A stretch of 64,000 bases of DNA, taken from Patescibacteria group bacterium. Its GTDB lineage: Bacteria > Patescibacteriota > Patescibacteriia > Patescibacteriales > UBA12465. Where the stretch lies: NCBI GenBank assembly GCA_041651355.1, contig JBAZJK010000001.1, forward strand, positions 753,489 to 817,488, written 5' to 3'. A program made the position numbers and the translations under genes. Of this stretch, positions 26,792 to 34,354 are shown piece after piece. Within the stretch, counting starts at the first letter, position 1; every line of letters starts with the position of its first letter. The notes beneath the pieces were generated by a model. The model was not told where the DNA came from. It was given only the letters and a program-made list of their open reading frames with translations, and made no database searches.

Positions 26792-26820
26792 AAAAAGGGG
26801 CCCGTCTGGGCCTCTTTTTT
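26792..26820. terminator. Intrinsic terminator, no ORF upstream
   Basis: Stem AGGGGCCC/GGGCCTCT (8 positions: 7 Watson-Crick pairs plus one G-U pair) with GTCT loop, an A5 run before and a T6 run after. Confidence 0.6.
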
Positions 26821-26835
26821 ATACAAGAATTAATA

Positions 26836-26864
26836 TTGACATTTTCAAACAAATATACTAATAT
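26836..26864 (+). promoter_or_regulatory. Sigma70-type promoter of the 107-aa orphan gene
   Basis: TTGACA (26836-26841), 17-nt spacer, TAATAT (26859-26864). Confidence 0.55.
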
Positions 26865-26905
26865 AAGCTCAGTTCCGTAAAACAATCAAAAAAAATATAT
26901 TGACC

Positions 26906-27229
26906 ATGGAAAATCTGATCTTTTTTCAAAGGACTTTAAACCCAACAGTCCTAAAGGTTTCTATTCGCAGCGGTAGCGAAAACCGCACGGTAGATGCTGC
27001 TAATCGGCTGAACAAAGAGTTGGCGGATAAAATCGCATCTGCCCATATTTCAAAGGCCTTTACCGGTCTGTGTGCCAGCTTCATCGACATCGAGGATGGA
27101 AGACTGATAATCTCGACTGATGTCGGAAAAATCGAGCCTAACAGCACCGAAGAAGAAGACAAAATCTACATTCAAGAGATTATGGAAGCCCTGGAAAACG
27201 CTGGGATTAATAAAGCTATAAGAATGTAA
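26906..27229 (+). CDS. Hypothetical protein (orphan, 107 aa)
   Basis: The ATG at 26906 (MENLIFFQRTLNPTVLKV..) is in frame with the track's TTG at 26900. The ORF has its own promoter and terminator and appears more GC-rich than its flanks. No family is recognised. Confidence 0.45.
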   Translation: MENLIFFQRTLNPTVLKVSIRSGSENRTVDAANRLNKELADKIASAHISKAFTGLCASFIDIEDGRLIISTDVGKIEPNSTEEEDKIYIQEIMEALENAGINKAIRM

Positions 27230-27262
27230 AGACACGCCGCCTCCAAGGTTTAAAAACACGAG

Positions 27263-27289
27263 AAAGCCGCTCACCTAGGGTGGCTTTTT
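27263..27289 (+). terminator. Intrinsic terminator of the orphan gene
   Basis: Stem AAAGCCGC/GTGGCTTT (one G-U pair) with a 9-nt loop and a T-run. Confidence 0.5.
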
Positions 27290-27346
27290 GATAATTGCCT
27301 TTTTCTGGATAACTTGGTTTAATAGACTTATATTTATAATCACACT

Positions 27347-28411
27347 ATGTCCCTATCAATCGGTATCGTCGGTTTGCCCAACGTCGGCAAATCAACCTTA
27401 TTTAATATTCTAACTAAAAAGGGTGTAGAAGCAGCCAATTACCCCTTCTGCACCATCGATCCTAATGTTGGCGTCGTTAAAGTCCCTGATTTTCGCTTAG
27501 ACAAACTAGCAGAAGTATCTAAACCAGCTAAAATAATCCACGCTACCATCGAATTCGTGGATATCGCCGGCTTAGTGGCCGGGGCCAGCCAAGGAGAGGG
27601 CTTGGGTAACAAATTCTTGGCCCACATCCGGGAATGCGACGCTATCTGCGAAGTAATCAGGGATTTTCAAGACAAGAACATTATTCACGTTACAGGCAAA
27701 ATAGATCCAGAAAGCGACCGAGAAACCATTAATCTAGAGCTCATCTTAGCGGATTTAGCTACAGTGGAGAAACGCTTAGACAAAACTAGACGTGATTCTA
27801 AAAGCGGGGATAAAGAATTAATCTGGCAGGGACAAATCTTAGAAAAAATTAATAAACAGCTAAGCGATAGCCGGCCAGCCAGGGATTTAGAGTTTAGCCC
27901 CGAAGAAATGATATTTGTGAAAACTTTAAACCTATTAAGCATCAAACCCCTAATTTACCTGCTTAATATCGATGAAAACCATGAAAGCGATAAGTTTTCC
28001 CATCCCGGAGAAGAATTAATCAAGATCAATGTTCGGCTAGAAAATGAAATAGCTAATCTGCCAGAAGAAGAACAGGCAGAATATATAAAAGAGCTGGGCC
28101 TAGCTCAAAGCGGACTAGACAAACTAATCCAAAGCTCCTACCGCATTCTTGGCCTAGAAACATTTTTTACGACCGGAGCGGATGAGAGCCGGGCTTGGAC
28201 TATAAAAAAAGGAACTATCGCTCCTCAGGCAGCTGGGGTCATCCACACCGACTTCATTAAGGGCTTTGTCCGGGCAGAAGTAATCAATTGGGAGAAATTC
28301 ATTAATGCCGGCAGCGAAGCTAGAGCCAAGGAATCAGGTCTGGTACGTACTGAAGGCAAAGATTACGTGGTTCAAGATGGAGATGTCTGCCACTTCCTGA
28401 TAAACAAATAA
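27347..28411 (+). CDS. ychF: Ribosome-binding ATPase YchF
   Basis: 354 aa with a G1 motif (GIVGLPNVGKSTLFN), a coiled-coil insert and a C-terminal TGS-like domain. Confidence 0.93.
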   Translation: MSLSIGIVGLPNVGKSTLFNILTKKGVEAANYPFCTIDPNVGVVKVPDFRLDKLAEVSKPAKIIHATIEFVDIAGLVAGASQGEGLGNKFLAHIRECDAICEVIRDFQDKNIIHVTGKIDPESDRETINLELILADLATVEKRLDKTRRDSKSGDKELIWQGQILEKINKQLSDSRPARDLEFSPEEMIFVKTLNLLSIKPLIYLLNIDENHESDKFSHPGEELIKINVRLENEIANLPEEEQAEYIKELGLAQSGLDKLIQSSYRILGLETFFTTGADESRAWTIKKGTIAPQAAGVIHTDFIKGFVRAEVINWEKFINAGSEARAKESGLVRTEGKDYVVQDGDVCHFLINK

Positions 28412-28418
28412 AATCACC

Positions 28419-28448
28419 AAAAAACACCCCTATTCCAGGGGTGTTTTT
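28419..28448. terminator. Bidirectional intrinsic terminator
   Basis: Stem ACACCCCT/AGGGGTGT flanked by A and T runs, between convergent genes. Confidence 0.7.
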
Positions 28449-28465
28449 GAACATAAAATTAATCT

Positions 28466-29614
28466 TTAAGCTGTTTGGCGCTTAGCTTGAGACCTTTCCG
28501 CTTCTTTTTTCTGCAAGAATTTCTCGGGATTTTCTGTGCTGACCATTAAATTCAAGGGAGCAACGGCAAAGTTAGGGTTCTTCTTGTCCACGAAAAAAGC
28601 GTCTGGATTCACATCAAAGTAATATTCGCCCTCGGGCAAATCATTCGAGAATTGAACATATCTAACCTGCTTATTCGCGTTAGCTTCACGATCATGAAAA
28701 CGCATGATATTCAATAGTTGGCGTCGACCCTTGAATTCTTGGGATCGAAAATTAGCTTTCGGCCAACCTTTATAAGCAGCGTATTCCTGAGCGCTCTCTA
28801 GAATTTGAGCTTCATTCAATTCACCACCTTTGGCAAAACTAGGGCGGGGCAATCGTTGATTTTTCAGCCAGGCAACCGAAGCTTCCATAACCTTTAACTC
28901 TTCTTCAGAAAACTCCGGGACATCCTTCCAGCTGTCTTCTGACTTAGCAATACTCACCTTAGCTCGAGCCGGATTAGTGATTTTATCCTCTAATAAAGAA
29001 ATGCTTTTAGATAAATCTAATCTTTTTTCTTGGATATTACTGATAAAACCATTCCGCTGGGAATCTAGGCCCTTATTAGTAGAGTAGACGATGCTACCAT
29101 CAATTGGTCCTCTGTCCAAACCAGCTTTCTCGTTAGCGGCGGCAATCTCGAAATCTAATTCGCCCAGCCTTTCTTTCATTTCAATTAATGATTTAAGGTC
29201 TTCCTCAGAAGCATTTGCTCTTTCCTGCTCAGTAAAGGGCAAGCCATCATCAGACTTAGCGGCCAAATATTCTCTATAGAAAATGGCTAGATTCCTAACC
29301 TCATCTATATTTTTAAGCGGCTGTGCCCCTTTGCCAGTCTTGAGATAATCCTCACATTGTTTCATTAAATCCCTTAATTCCCACTCTTCCCGTTCATATT
29401 TTTCCATTAATTCTCCAATTTCTCCACCCCGACTATTATCAGCCACTGTTTCATTGAAAACATATTCATCTTCAAAGCCTGGCTCATTATAATTATTCTC
29501 GCGGTCTACGACGTCCCAGCCTTCTCGGCGGTTTTTAGGATTAGGCTCTGGCTCGGCCTTATAATCATAATTATCATCCTCCTTAGAAACGTGCCTGAAT
29601 TCAAAAAGTTTCAT
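28466..29614 (-). CDS. Acidic hypothetical protein (382 aa), no recognisable domain
   Basis: Long ORF with protein-like composition. It is Glu/Asp/Asn-rich and has no signal peptide or TM helix. Confidence 0.55.
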   Translation of the reverse strand: MKLFEFRHVSKEDDNYDYKAEPEPNPKNRREGWDVVDRENNYNEPGFEDEYVFNETVADNSRGGEIGELMEKYEREEWELRDLMKQCEDYLKTGKGAQPLKNIDEVRNLAIFYREYLAAKSDDGLPFTEQERANASEEDLKSLIEMKERLGELDFEIAAANEKAGLDRGPIDGSIVYSTNKGLDSQRNGFISNIQEKRLDLSKSISLLEDKITNPARAKVSIAKSEDSWKDVPEFSEEELKVMEASVAWLKNQRLPRPSFAKGGELNEAQILESAQEYAAYKGWPKANFRSQEFKGRRQLLNIMRFHDREANANKQVRYVQFSNDLPEGEYYFDVNPDAFFVDKKNPNFAVAPLNLMVSTENPEKFLQKKEAERSQAKRQTA

Positions 29615-29687
29615 AAACTTAAAATTAATTATAAATCTTAATTATATTATAGCATAAACCGAAAAATTTTTATCAAAAAATATATCA

Positions 29688-29716
29688 TTGACAAAAAATC
29701 AATTTGATTATAATAT
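29688..29716 (+). promoter_or_regulatory. Sigma70-type promoter
   Basis: TTGACA (29688-29693), 17-nt spacer, TAATAT (29711-29716). An overlapping TATAAT sits at 15-nt spacing. Confidence 0.5.
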
Positions 29717-29766
29717 AAGCGAACCTAAGCCACTATCTTTAATAAAAACTTAAAAAACCATGAGCC

Positions 29767-30048
29767 ATGACACGGCACCGACAAGAAGGCCAAAAATTGC
29801 GACACAAAAGAAAAACCCGTAATGTCATCCGCTTATTAAATGCCAATATCGGAGACCTGAATTTAAGCGTTATCGCTCGAGCTAGCTTAGAAAAAATGGA
29901 TATTAAAAATCTAGCTCAATTTAGGAACGATTTACTCGAGTCCAAAGTGGATCTTAAAAATATGGGTCTGAAAGCCAGAGAAGAGCTGCACCAAATATTT
30001 AAGACCAACCACATCAAAATGCCAGCCAATTGGATATGGGGCCTATAG
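29767..30048 (+). CDS. Stand-alone protein resembling the RNA polymerase alpha C-terminal domain (helix-hairpin-helix)
   Basis: 93 aa. DLNLSVIARASLEKMDIKNLAQFR..LKNMGLKAREELHQIF..ANW aligns by eye with E. coli RpoA-CTD [40 protein letters not shown]..ENW. The N-terminal tail is basic. Confidence 0.55.
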   Translation: MTRHRQEGQKLRHKRKTRNVIRLLNANIGDLNLSVIARASLEKMDIKNLAQFRNDLLESKVDLKNMGLKAREELHQIFKTNHIKMPANWIWGL

Positions 30049-30100
30049 GACAAAAAAGCGAAGATTTAATCTCCGCTTTTTTCTTATATAAGACTTTCGA

Positions 30101-31291
30101 TTATTTCTTCTCCAAGATAAGTATCTCTCTGAATACTCGCTGGCCAGGCCGACCATAGACGATGGTCTGGCGCTCAGTAATTTTTAAATCCTTAGATGAT
30201 AGTAAGGCCTGGCTAAAAGGCGGGACTATTTTGAAGCTGCCTAAATCTGGAGACAAAAAGTGTTTATTCAAAAATACCGGCCAAACCATCACGACACGGC
30301 CACTGCTCTTCAAGACTTTAGAGAATTCTAACAAAGCTTTGGAGTAGAGGTCATTTAATTCCCTGGCCACGGCGGCCGGCTGGAAAAAGCCTCGTTGCGG
30401 CCCCAAATAAGGCTCCGTCACGATATAATCAATCGATTCTTTTTTGATGAACCTTTCTAAATCCAAGACGCTTTTCTTAAATAATTGGTAATGGCCGTCA
30501 CTGATGCTAAAATTACTGATCAGCCATTTCAGGTTAGCCCGGGAATCATCCAGGGCCGTCTTGGAAATATCGCTACCGATAACCTGCTGGAAACCGATTA
30601 AGAGCGCTTCGGTTAAAATCGTGCCCGAGCCACAGAAAGGGTCAAATAAATTGGTAGCAGGGGATACATGAGGACCAGTAGCCAGATTAATCATCATCTG
30701 TGCCAGCTTCGGGGGTAACATTCCGGACTTATCGTCCCGGCCCGGTCGGCCATAATCCCTTTTTGATAAACCTTTAAAATCCTGGACGGCTAGGGTGCGG
30801 CCGATTAGAATATTCTTTTCCTGCCGAATCAAGACGATTTCCGCTCCTCTGGTTAAAAGTTTGTTCTGAGCGATAATCACGCTGGATAAATTAGCTTCCC
30901 GACTGACAACTAAGCGGGAATTAATCTTTTTTTCTCTTAAAAAATTCTTTAATTCCAAGCCGATAATCTTCAAATTAACCGGCTTCTGACCATAAAAAGA
31001 AAAACCGAAATTAAACTTACCTGCAGGTAGCGAGGGCTTAGAACACAGGATATTGAATAAGCCTTTTAACTTATCAATTATCTGGTTCTGGCCACCCACG
31101 ACTTCTTCCTCTATCACTCCGACCTTGATTGTCCCACCTAAGCGCTTGATCAAATTCTCAACTGGTAAATCGACGGCTTCCATTAATAAAACCTCCGGGC
31201 TAGCTAGCCAGCATTTAGCATCAGGAAAAAGGGCTTGGATTTCCGCAACTGACAAGGCAGGATGATTGCCTAAAACAAAGAAATATCTCAT
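30101..31291 (-). CDS. SAM-dependent RNA methyltransferase (Trm11/RlmL-like, with a THUMP-like N-terminus)
   Basis: 396 aa with motif I (LFDPFCGSGTIL) and motif IV (DYIVTEPYLGP). Confidence 0.65.
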   Translation of the reverse strand: MRYFFVLGNHPALSVAEIQALFPDAKCWLASPEVLLMEAVDLPVENLIKRLGGTIKVGVIEEEVVGGQNQIIDKLKGLFNILCSKPSLPAGKFNFGFSFYGQKPVNLKIIGLELKNFLREKKINSRLVVSREANLSSVIIAQNKLLTRGAEIVLIRQEKNILIGRTLAVQDFKGLSKRDYGRPGRDDKSGMLPPKLAQMMINLATGPHVSPATNLFDPFCGSGTILTEALLIGFQQVIGSDISKTALDDSRANLKWLISNFSISDGHYQLFKKSVLDLERFIKKESIDYIVTEPYLGPQRGFFQPAAVARELNDLYSKALLEFSKVLKSSGRVVMVWPVFLNKHFLSPDLGSFKIVPPFSQALLSSKDLKITERQTIVYGRPGQRVFREILILEKK

Positions 31292-31561
31292 AATTTTAGA
31301 TTAACTACTTCCAAGATATAACAATTTGCTAACTATTGCAATTTTATAAGATTCATGATAAGCTAAGCAAACAAATTAATAAACAAATATCTTTCCCACG
31401 CCCTGGCTGATAGCCAAGGCAATCCTATCAACTAGAATAGGATTAAAGGTATTCTAAGCCCTCAGCGATCTTGGAATACTGGGGTTTTAATTTAATCAGG
31501 GGTTTTAAAGAATATTTAGAGAAGATTTAAATAGTTTTTAAGCCCTGACGCTAATATAATT

Positions 31562-32080
31562 ATGTCAAAAACCAAAGCTAGCGGCTCATCTCATTATGAG
31601 ATCCTCTTTATTGTCCCTAATAAATATACTGAGGCTGAAGCCAAACAAGTTATCGCTAAGACCAGCGATATCATTAAAGAAAACGGGGGTACGATCACCC
31701 TGGAAGAATATTGGGGCAAGAAAAGATTAGCCTATGCCATCAAGCAAAACCACTATGGCTACTATGGCTTATTTGAATTTGACCTAGAAGGGGAAAATTT
31801 AGCTAAACTCGATAAGACCTTCCGTCTTTCCAACGAAATCTTGCGCCACCAGATTGTTAAAAAAGCCCTGCGCAGCCCAGAAGAAATAAAACTGGAAAAA
31901 GAAAGACGAGAAAAAATCGATCTAAAAAAAGCGGAAGCCGAAAAAGATAAGAAACCAAGCAAAGCGGCCGCACCAGCCAGCCCCGCCAGTAGCGCCCCTA
32001 CCAGCGCCAAAGCTAAAGTCGATTTAAAAGATTTAGATGAAAAACTGGAAGGCATCTTGAGTGCGACCGATTTAATTTAA
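31562..32080 (+). CDS. rpsF: 30S ribosomal protein S6 with an extended Lys/Ala/Pro-rich C-terminal tail
   Basis: The S6 core (HYEILFIVPNKYTEAEA...WGKKRLAYAI..HYGYYGLFEF) is followed by a roughly 70-aa low-complexity tail. Confidence 0.9.
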   Translation: MSKTKASGSSHYEILFIVPNKYTEAEAKQVIAKTSDIIKENGGTITLEEYWGKKRLAYAIKQNHYGYYGLFEFDLEGENLAKLDKTFRLSNEILRHQIVKKALRSPEEIKLEKERREKIDLKKAEAEKDKKPSKAAAPASPASSAPTSAKAKVDLKDLDEKLEGILSATDLI

Positions 32081-32112
32081 TCGCCTCTTAAAATAAACTA
32101 AGCTTCAAACAT

Positions 32113-32544
32113 ATGAATCTTAACAAAGCAATGCTTATCGGCAATTTGACTCGCGACCCGGAAATAAAAACCACCCCGTCGGGTCAAACCGTAGCCACCT
32201 TCTCTATCGCCACCAATCTGGTCTGGACTGATCAGAGCGGCGTGCAGCAGAAAAAAACTGAGTTCCACAACATCGTCGCTTGGAGAAAATTAGCCGACAT
32301 CTGTGCAAAATACCTGCGCAAAGGCTCCAAGGCTTACGTCGAAGGTCGCTTGCAAACAACTGACTGGACTGGACAAGACGGCGTCAAGAGATATCGGACG
32401 GAAATCGTCTTGGAAAACATGATCATGTTGGATGCCAAAAATACCAATAGCGGCAATAGTTCCTATAGCTTGCCCGAGGAATTGCCAGCGGAGGCGGAGA
32501 TGGTCGATGAAGAAGAAATCCGCGTAGAAAATATACCCTTCTAA
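32113..32544 (+). CDS. ssb: Single-stranded DNA-binding protein
   Basis: OB fold (MLIGNLTRDPEIKTTPSG..) and an acidic C-terminus ending ENIPF. Confidence 0.92.
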   Translation: MNLNKAMLIGNLTRDPEIKTTPSGQTVATFSIATNLVWTDQSGVQQKKTEFHNIVAWRKLADICAKYLRKGSKAYVEGRLQTTDWTGQDGVKRYRTEIVLENMIMLDAKNTNSGNSSYSLPEELPAEAEMVDEEEIRVENIPF

Positions 32545-32558
32545 GAATTTAAAAAAAT

Positions 32559-32771
32559 ATGAATAACAAAAAACAAAAAGATTGTCATTTTTGCGCCAAC
32601 CAAATCGAAGTCGATTATAAGGATGGTCGCACCCTTAAAAAATTCGTCAACTTCTACATGAAAATACTACCTGGTAGCCGTACCGGGGTCTGTGCTTGGC
32701 ATCAAAGAAAATTAGCCGCCGCCATAAAAAGAGCCCGCGTCATGGCGCTAATGGCTCCAACCCACAAATAA
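32559..32771 (+). CDS. rpsR: 30S ribosomal protein S18
   Basis: 70 aa (CHFCANQIEVDYKD....RKLAAAIKRARVMALM), in the conserved rpsF-ssb-rpsR order. Confidence 0.9.
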   Translation: MNNKKQKDCHFCANQIEVDYKDGRTLKKFVNFYMKILPGSRTGVCAWHQRKLAAAIKRARVMALMAPTHK

Positions 32772-32776
32772 ACCAT

Positions 32777-33334
32777 ATGTTAAACTTTAACGAAATAAAG
32801 TTGGGCAAGGTCATTAAAGCTAACGACGAGCCTTATGTCATTATCAAAACCGAACACCATAAGATGGGCCGGGGCGGTGCTGTCCTTAAAACCAAGCTAC
32901 GGAATTTAATCAACGGCAACATCCTGGAAAGAACCTTCCAAGGAGCAGAAAAAGCAGAAGAAGCTGAAACGGAAAGGAAAAAGGCTAGTTTCATGTATAA
33001 AGACGCCAATGAAGCCTATTTTATGGACGCCGATACTTATGAACAATTCAGCATCGGTCTAGAAGAAATTGGTGATAAAGAAAAATTCCTAAAGGAAGGA
33101 ATCGAAGTAAATACTCTTTACTACAATAGTCGCCCAGTGGCCGTAGAACTGCCGATCAAAATGGAATTCAAGGTCGTCAGCGCACCTCCGGGAATAAAAG
33201 GCAACTCTGCTGGCAACGTTAACAAACAGGTTGAGCTAGAGGGGGGATATAAGATCAATGTCCCAATGTTTATCAACGAAGGCGATATTATCCGAGTCAA
33301 CACTGATACTGGCGAATACGTAGAAAGGGCCTAA
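32777..33334 (+). CDS. efp: Elongation factor P
   Basis: The ATG at 32777 (MLNFNEIKLGKVIKANDEPYVIIKTEHHKMGRGGAVLKTKLRNL..) is preferred. The track start at 32696 overlaps rpsR. Confidence 0.93.
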   Translation: MLNFNEIKLGKVIKANDEPYVIIKTEHHKMGRGGAVLKTKLRNLINGNILERTFQGAEKAEEAETERKKASFMYKDANEAYFMDADTYEQFSIGLEEIGDKEKFLKEGIEVNTLYYNSRPVAVELPIKMEFKVVSAPPGIKGNSAGNVNKQVELEGGYKINVPMFINEGDIIRVNTDTGEYVERA

Positions 33335-33360
33335 AGACAACAAAATATTCCCGATACAAG

Positions 33361-33396
33361 AAAAGGCTGCCCGCTTTCGCTGGCAGCCTTTTTTTA
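33361..33396. terminator. Bidirectional intrinsic terminator
   Basis: Stem AAAAGGCTGCC/GGCAGCCTTTT with a T-run, between convergent genes. Confidence 0.7.
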
Positions 33397-33427
33397 TTAA
33401 AAGAAGAGAGAACTAATCACTTAATGA

Positions 33428-34210
33428 TTACTTTAAACTTTGCTTATCGTCTTCGCTGATAACATTAAGGTTTTCAACCAGGGCTTTATTTTTCTTCTTA
33501 TTCGAACGGTAATAGCTAATGAATCCGCTAATAATTCCACCTATTAAAGCCGATAGATATATTGGAGATATTCCCGGAGACCCTGCTGTCAGCACCAAAA
33601 AAACAAACAGGATGGCGACATTCAAAATTACATCTGGCCATAACCTTTCAAGAGCTGAACATAAAAGTACGCTGAACAGACTGCTTAGGAAAAAGGCGCC
33701 GATTAACAACCAATAATCAAACCTCACCTCTTCATAAGAGTAATCTTTGAATTCACTAAAGAGAGTTTTTTCCTTCTCAGAGTAAGTAGCCAAGGAGGCT
33801 GTAAATTCATAAGGCCTATGCTTCATTAAATTAAGAAAACCGCTTCTTTTGGTTTCTCCGCGCTGAGGGCCAAGCTGACAACGAATAGTTTGGCCGGGAT
33901 TCAAGATTAAATCCAGCATACGATAAGAATATACCCAGTTAGCGATCTTTTCTCCACTGCACCTAACGAGCATAATCTTATAACTGGTAACTTGTTGATA
34001 TGTTGTAACCAAGGAATCACCAATCAAGGTGTCGTGTTTTACTTCGCTTACTTTGGCATAAGGCAAAACGATCTTACAGATGTTTGAATCCCCCCTATAG
34101 GGATACTCCCATTTAACATTTGACCGGTTATATTGCTGAACGCCTTGGGCGACCAGAAATTGCGCACTCAGAACGCAAAAAACTATTACATACAAATACA
34201 ACTTTTTCAT
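33428..34210 (-). CDS. Hypothetical exported/membrane protein
   Basis: 260 aa with a signal peptide (MKKLYLYVIVFCVLSAQFLVAQG), a soluble domain and C-terminal TM helices. Confidence 0.5.
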   Translation of the reverse strand: MKKLYLYVIVFCVLSAQFLVAQGVQQYNRSNVKWEYPYRGDSNICKIVLPYAKVSEVKHDTLIGDSLVTTYQQVTSYKIMLVRCSGEKIANWVYSYRMLDLILNPGQTIRCQLGPQRGETKRSGFLNLMKHRPYEFTASLATYSEKEKTLFSEFKDYSYEEVRFDYWLLIGAFFLSSLFSVLLCSALERLWPDVILNVAILFVFLVLTAGSPGISPIYLSALIGGIISGFISYYRSNKKKNKALVENLNVISEDDKQSLK

Positions 34211-34354
34211 TATTATAAATTTTAGTGATTAATTACTTTTAATTATGAAATTTTCAAACAACTGCGCTTAGATTAGCATAAAAATATAATAATGTCAATA
34301 CTTTATGTAAAGCTTTTTTAGTGTTATAATTATATTTAGCTAATTATAAACAAA

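Noticed and set aside
26196-26830. RNase P RNA or tmRNA hidden in the ORF-free island
   Set aside because: The island lacks the RNase P P4 consensus (GAGGAAAGTCC.., ACAGAA). It also lacks a tmRNA tRNA-like end (GGGG.. 5' end, TTCGA T-arm plus acceptor) and tag reading frame.
26900-27274. Competing ORFs in the orphan-gene region (minus strand 26926-27162 and 27050-27274; TTG start at 26900)
   Set aside because: The promoter (26836-26864) and terminator (27263-27289) are oriented for the plus strand. The ATG at 26906 is in frame, so the plus-strand ORF from 26906 is preferred. The call remains only moderate confidence.
32696-32776. N-terminal extension of efp (track start 32696, MASKKISRRHKK..)
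   Set aside because: The extension overlaps the rpsR coding region in another frame. The conserved EF-P N-terminus begins at the ATG at 32777.
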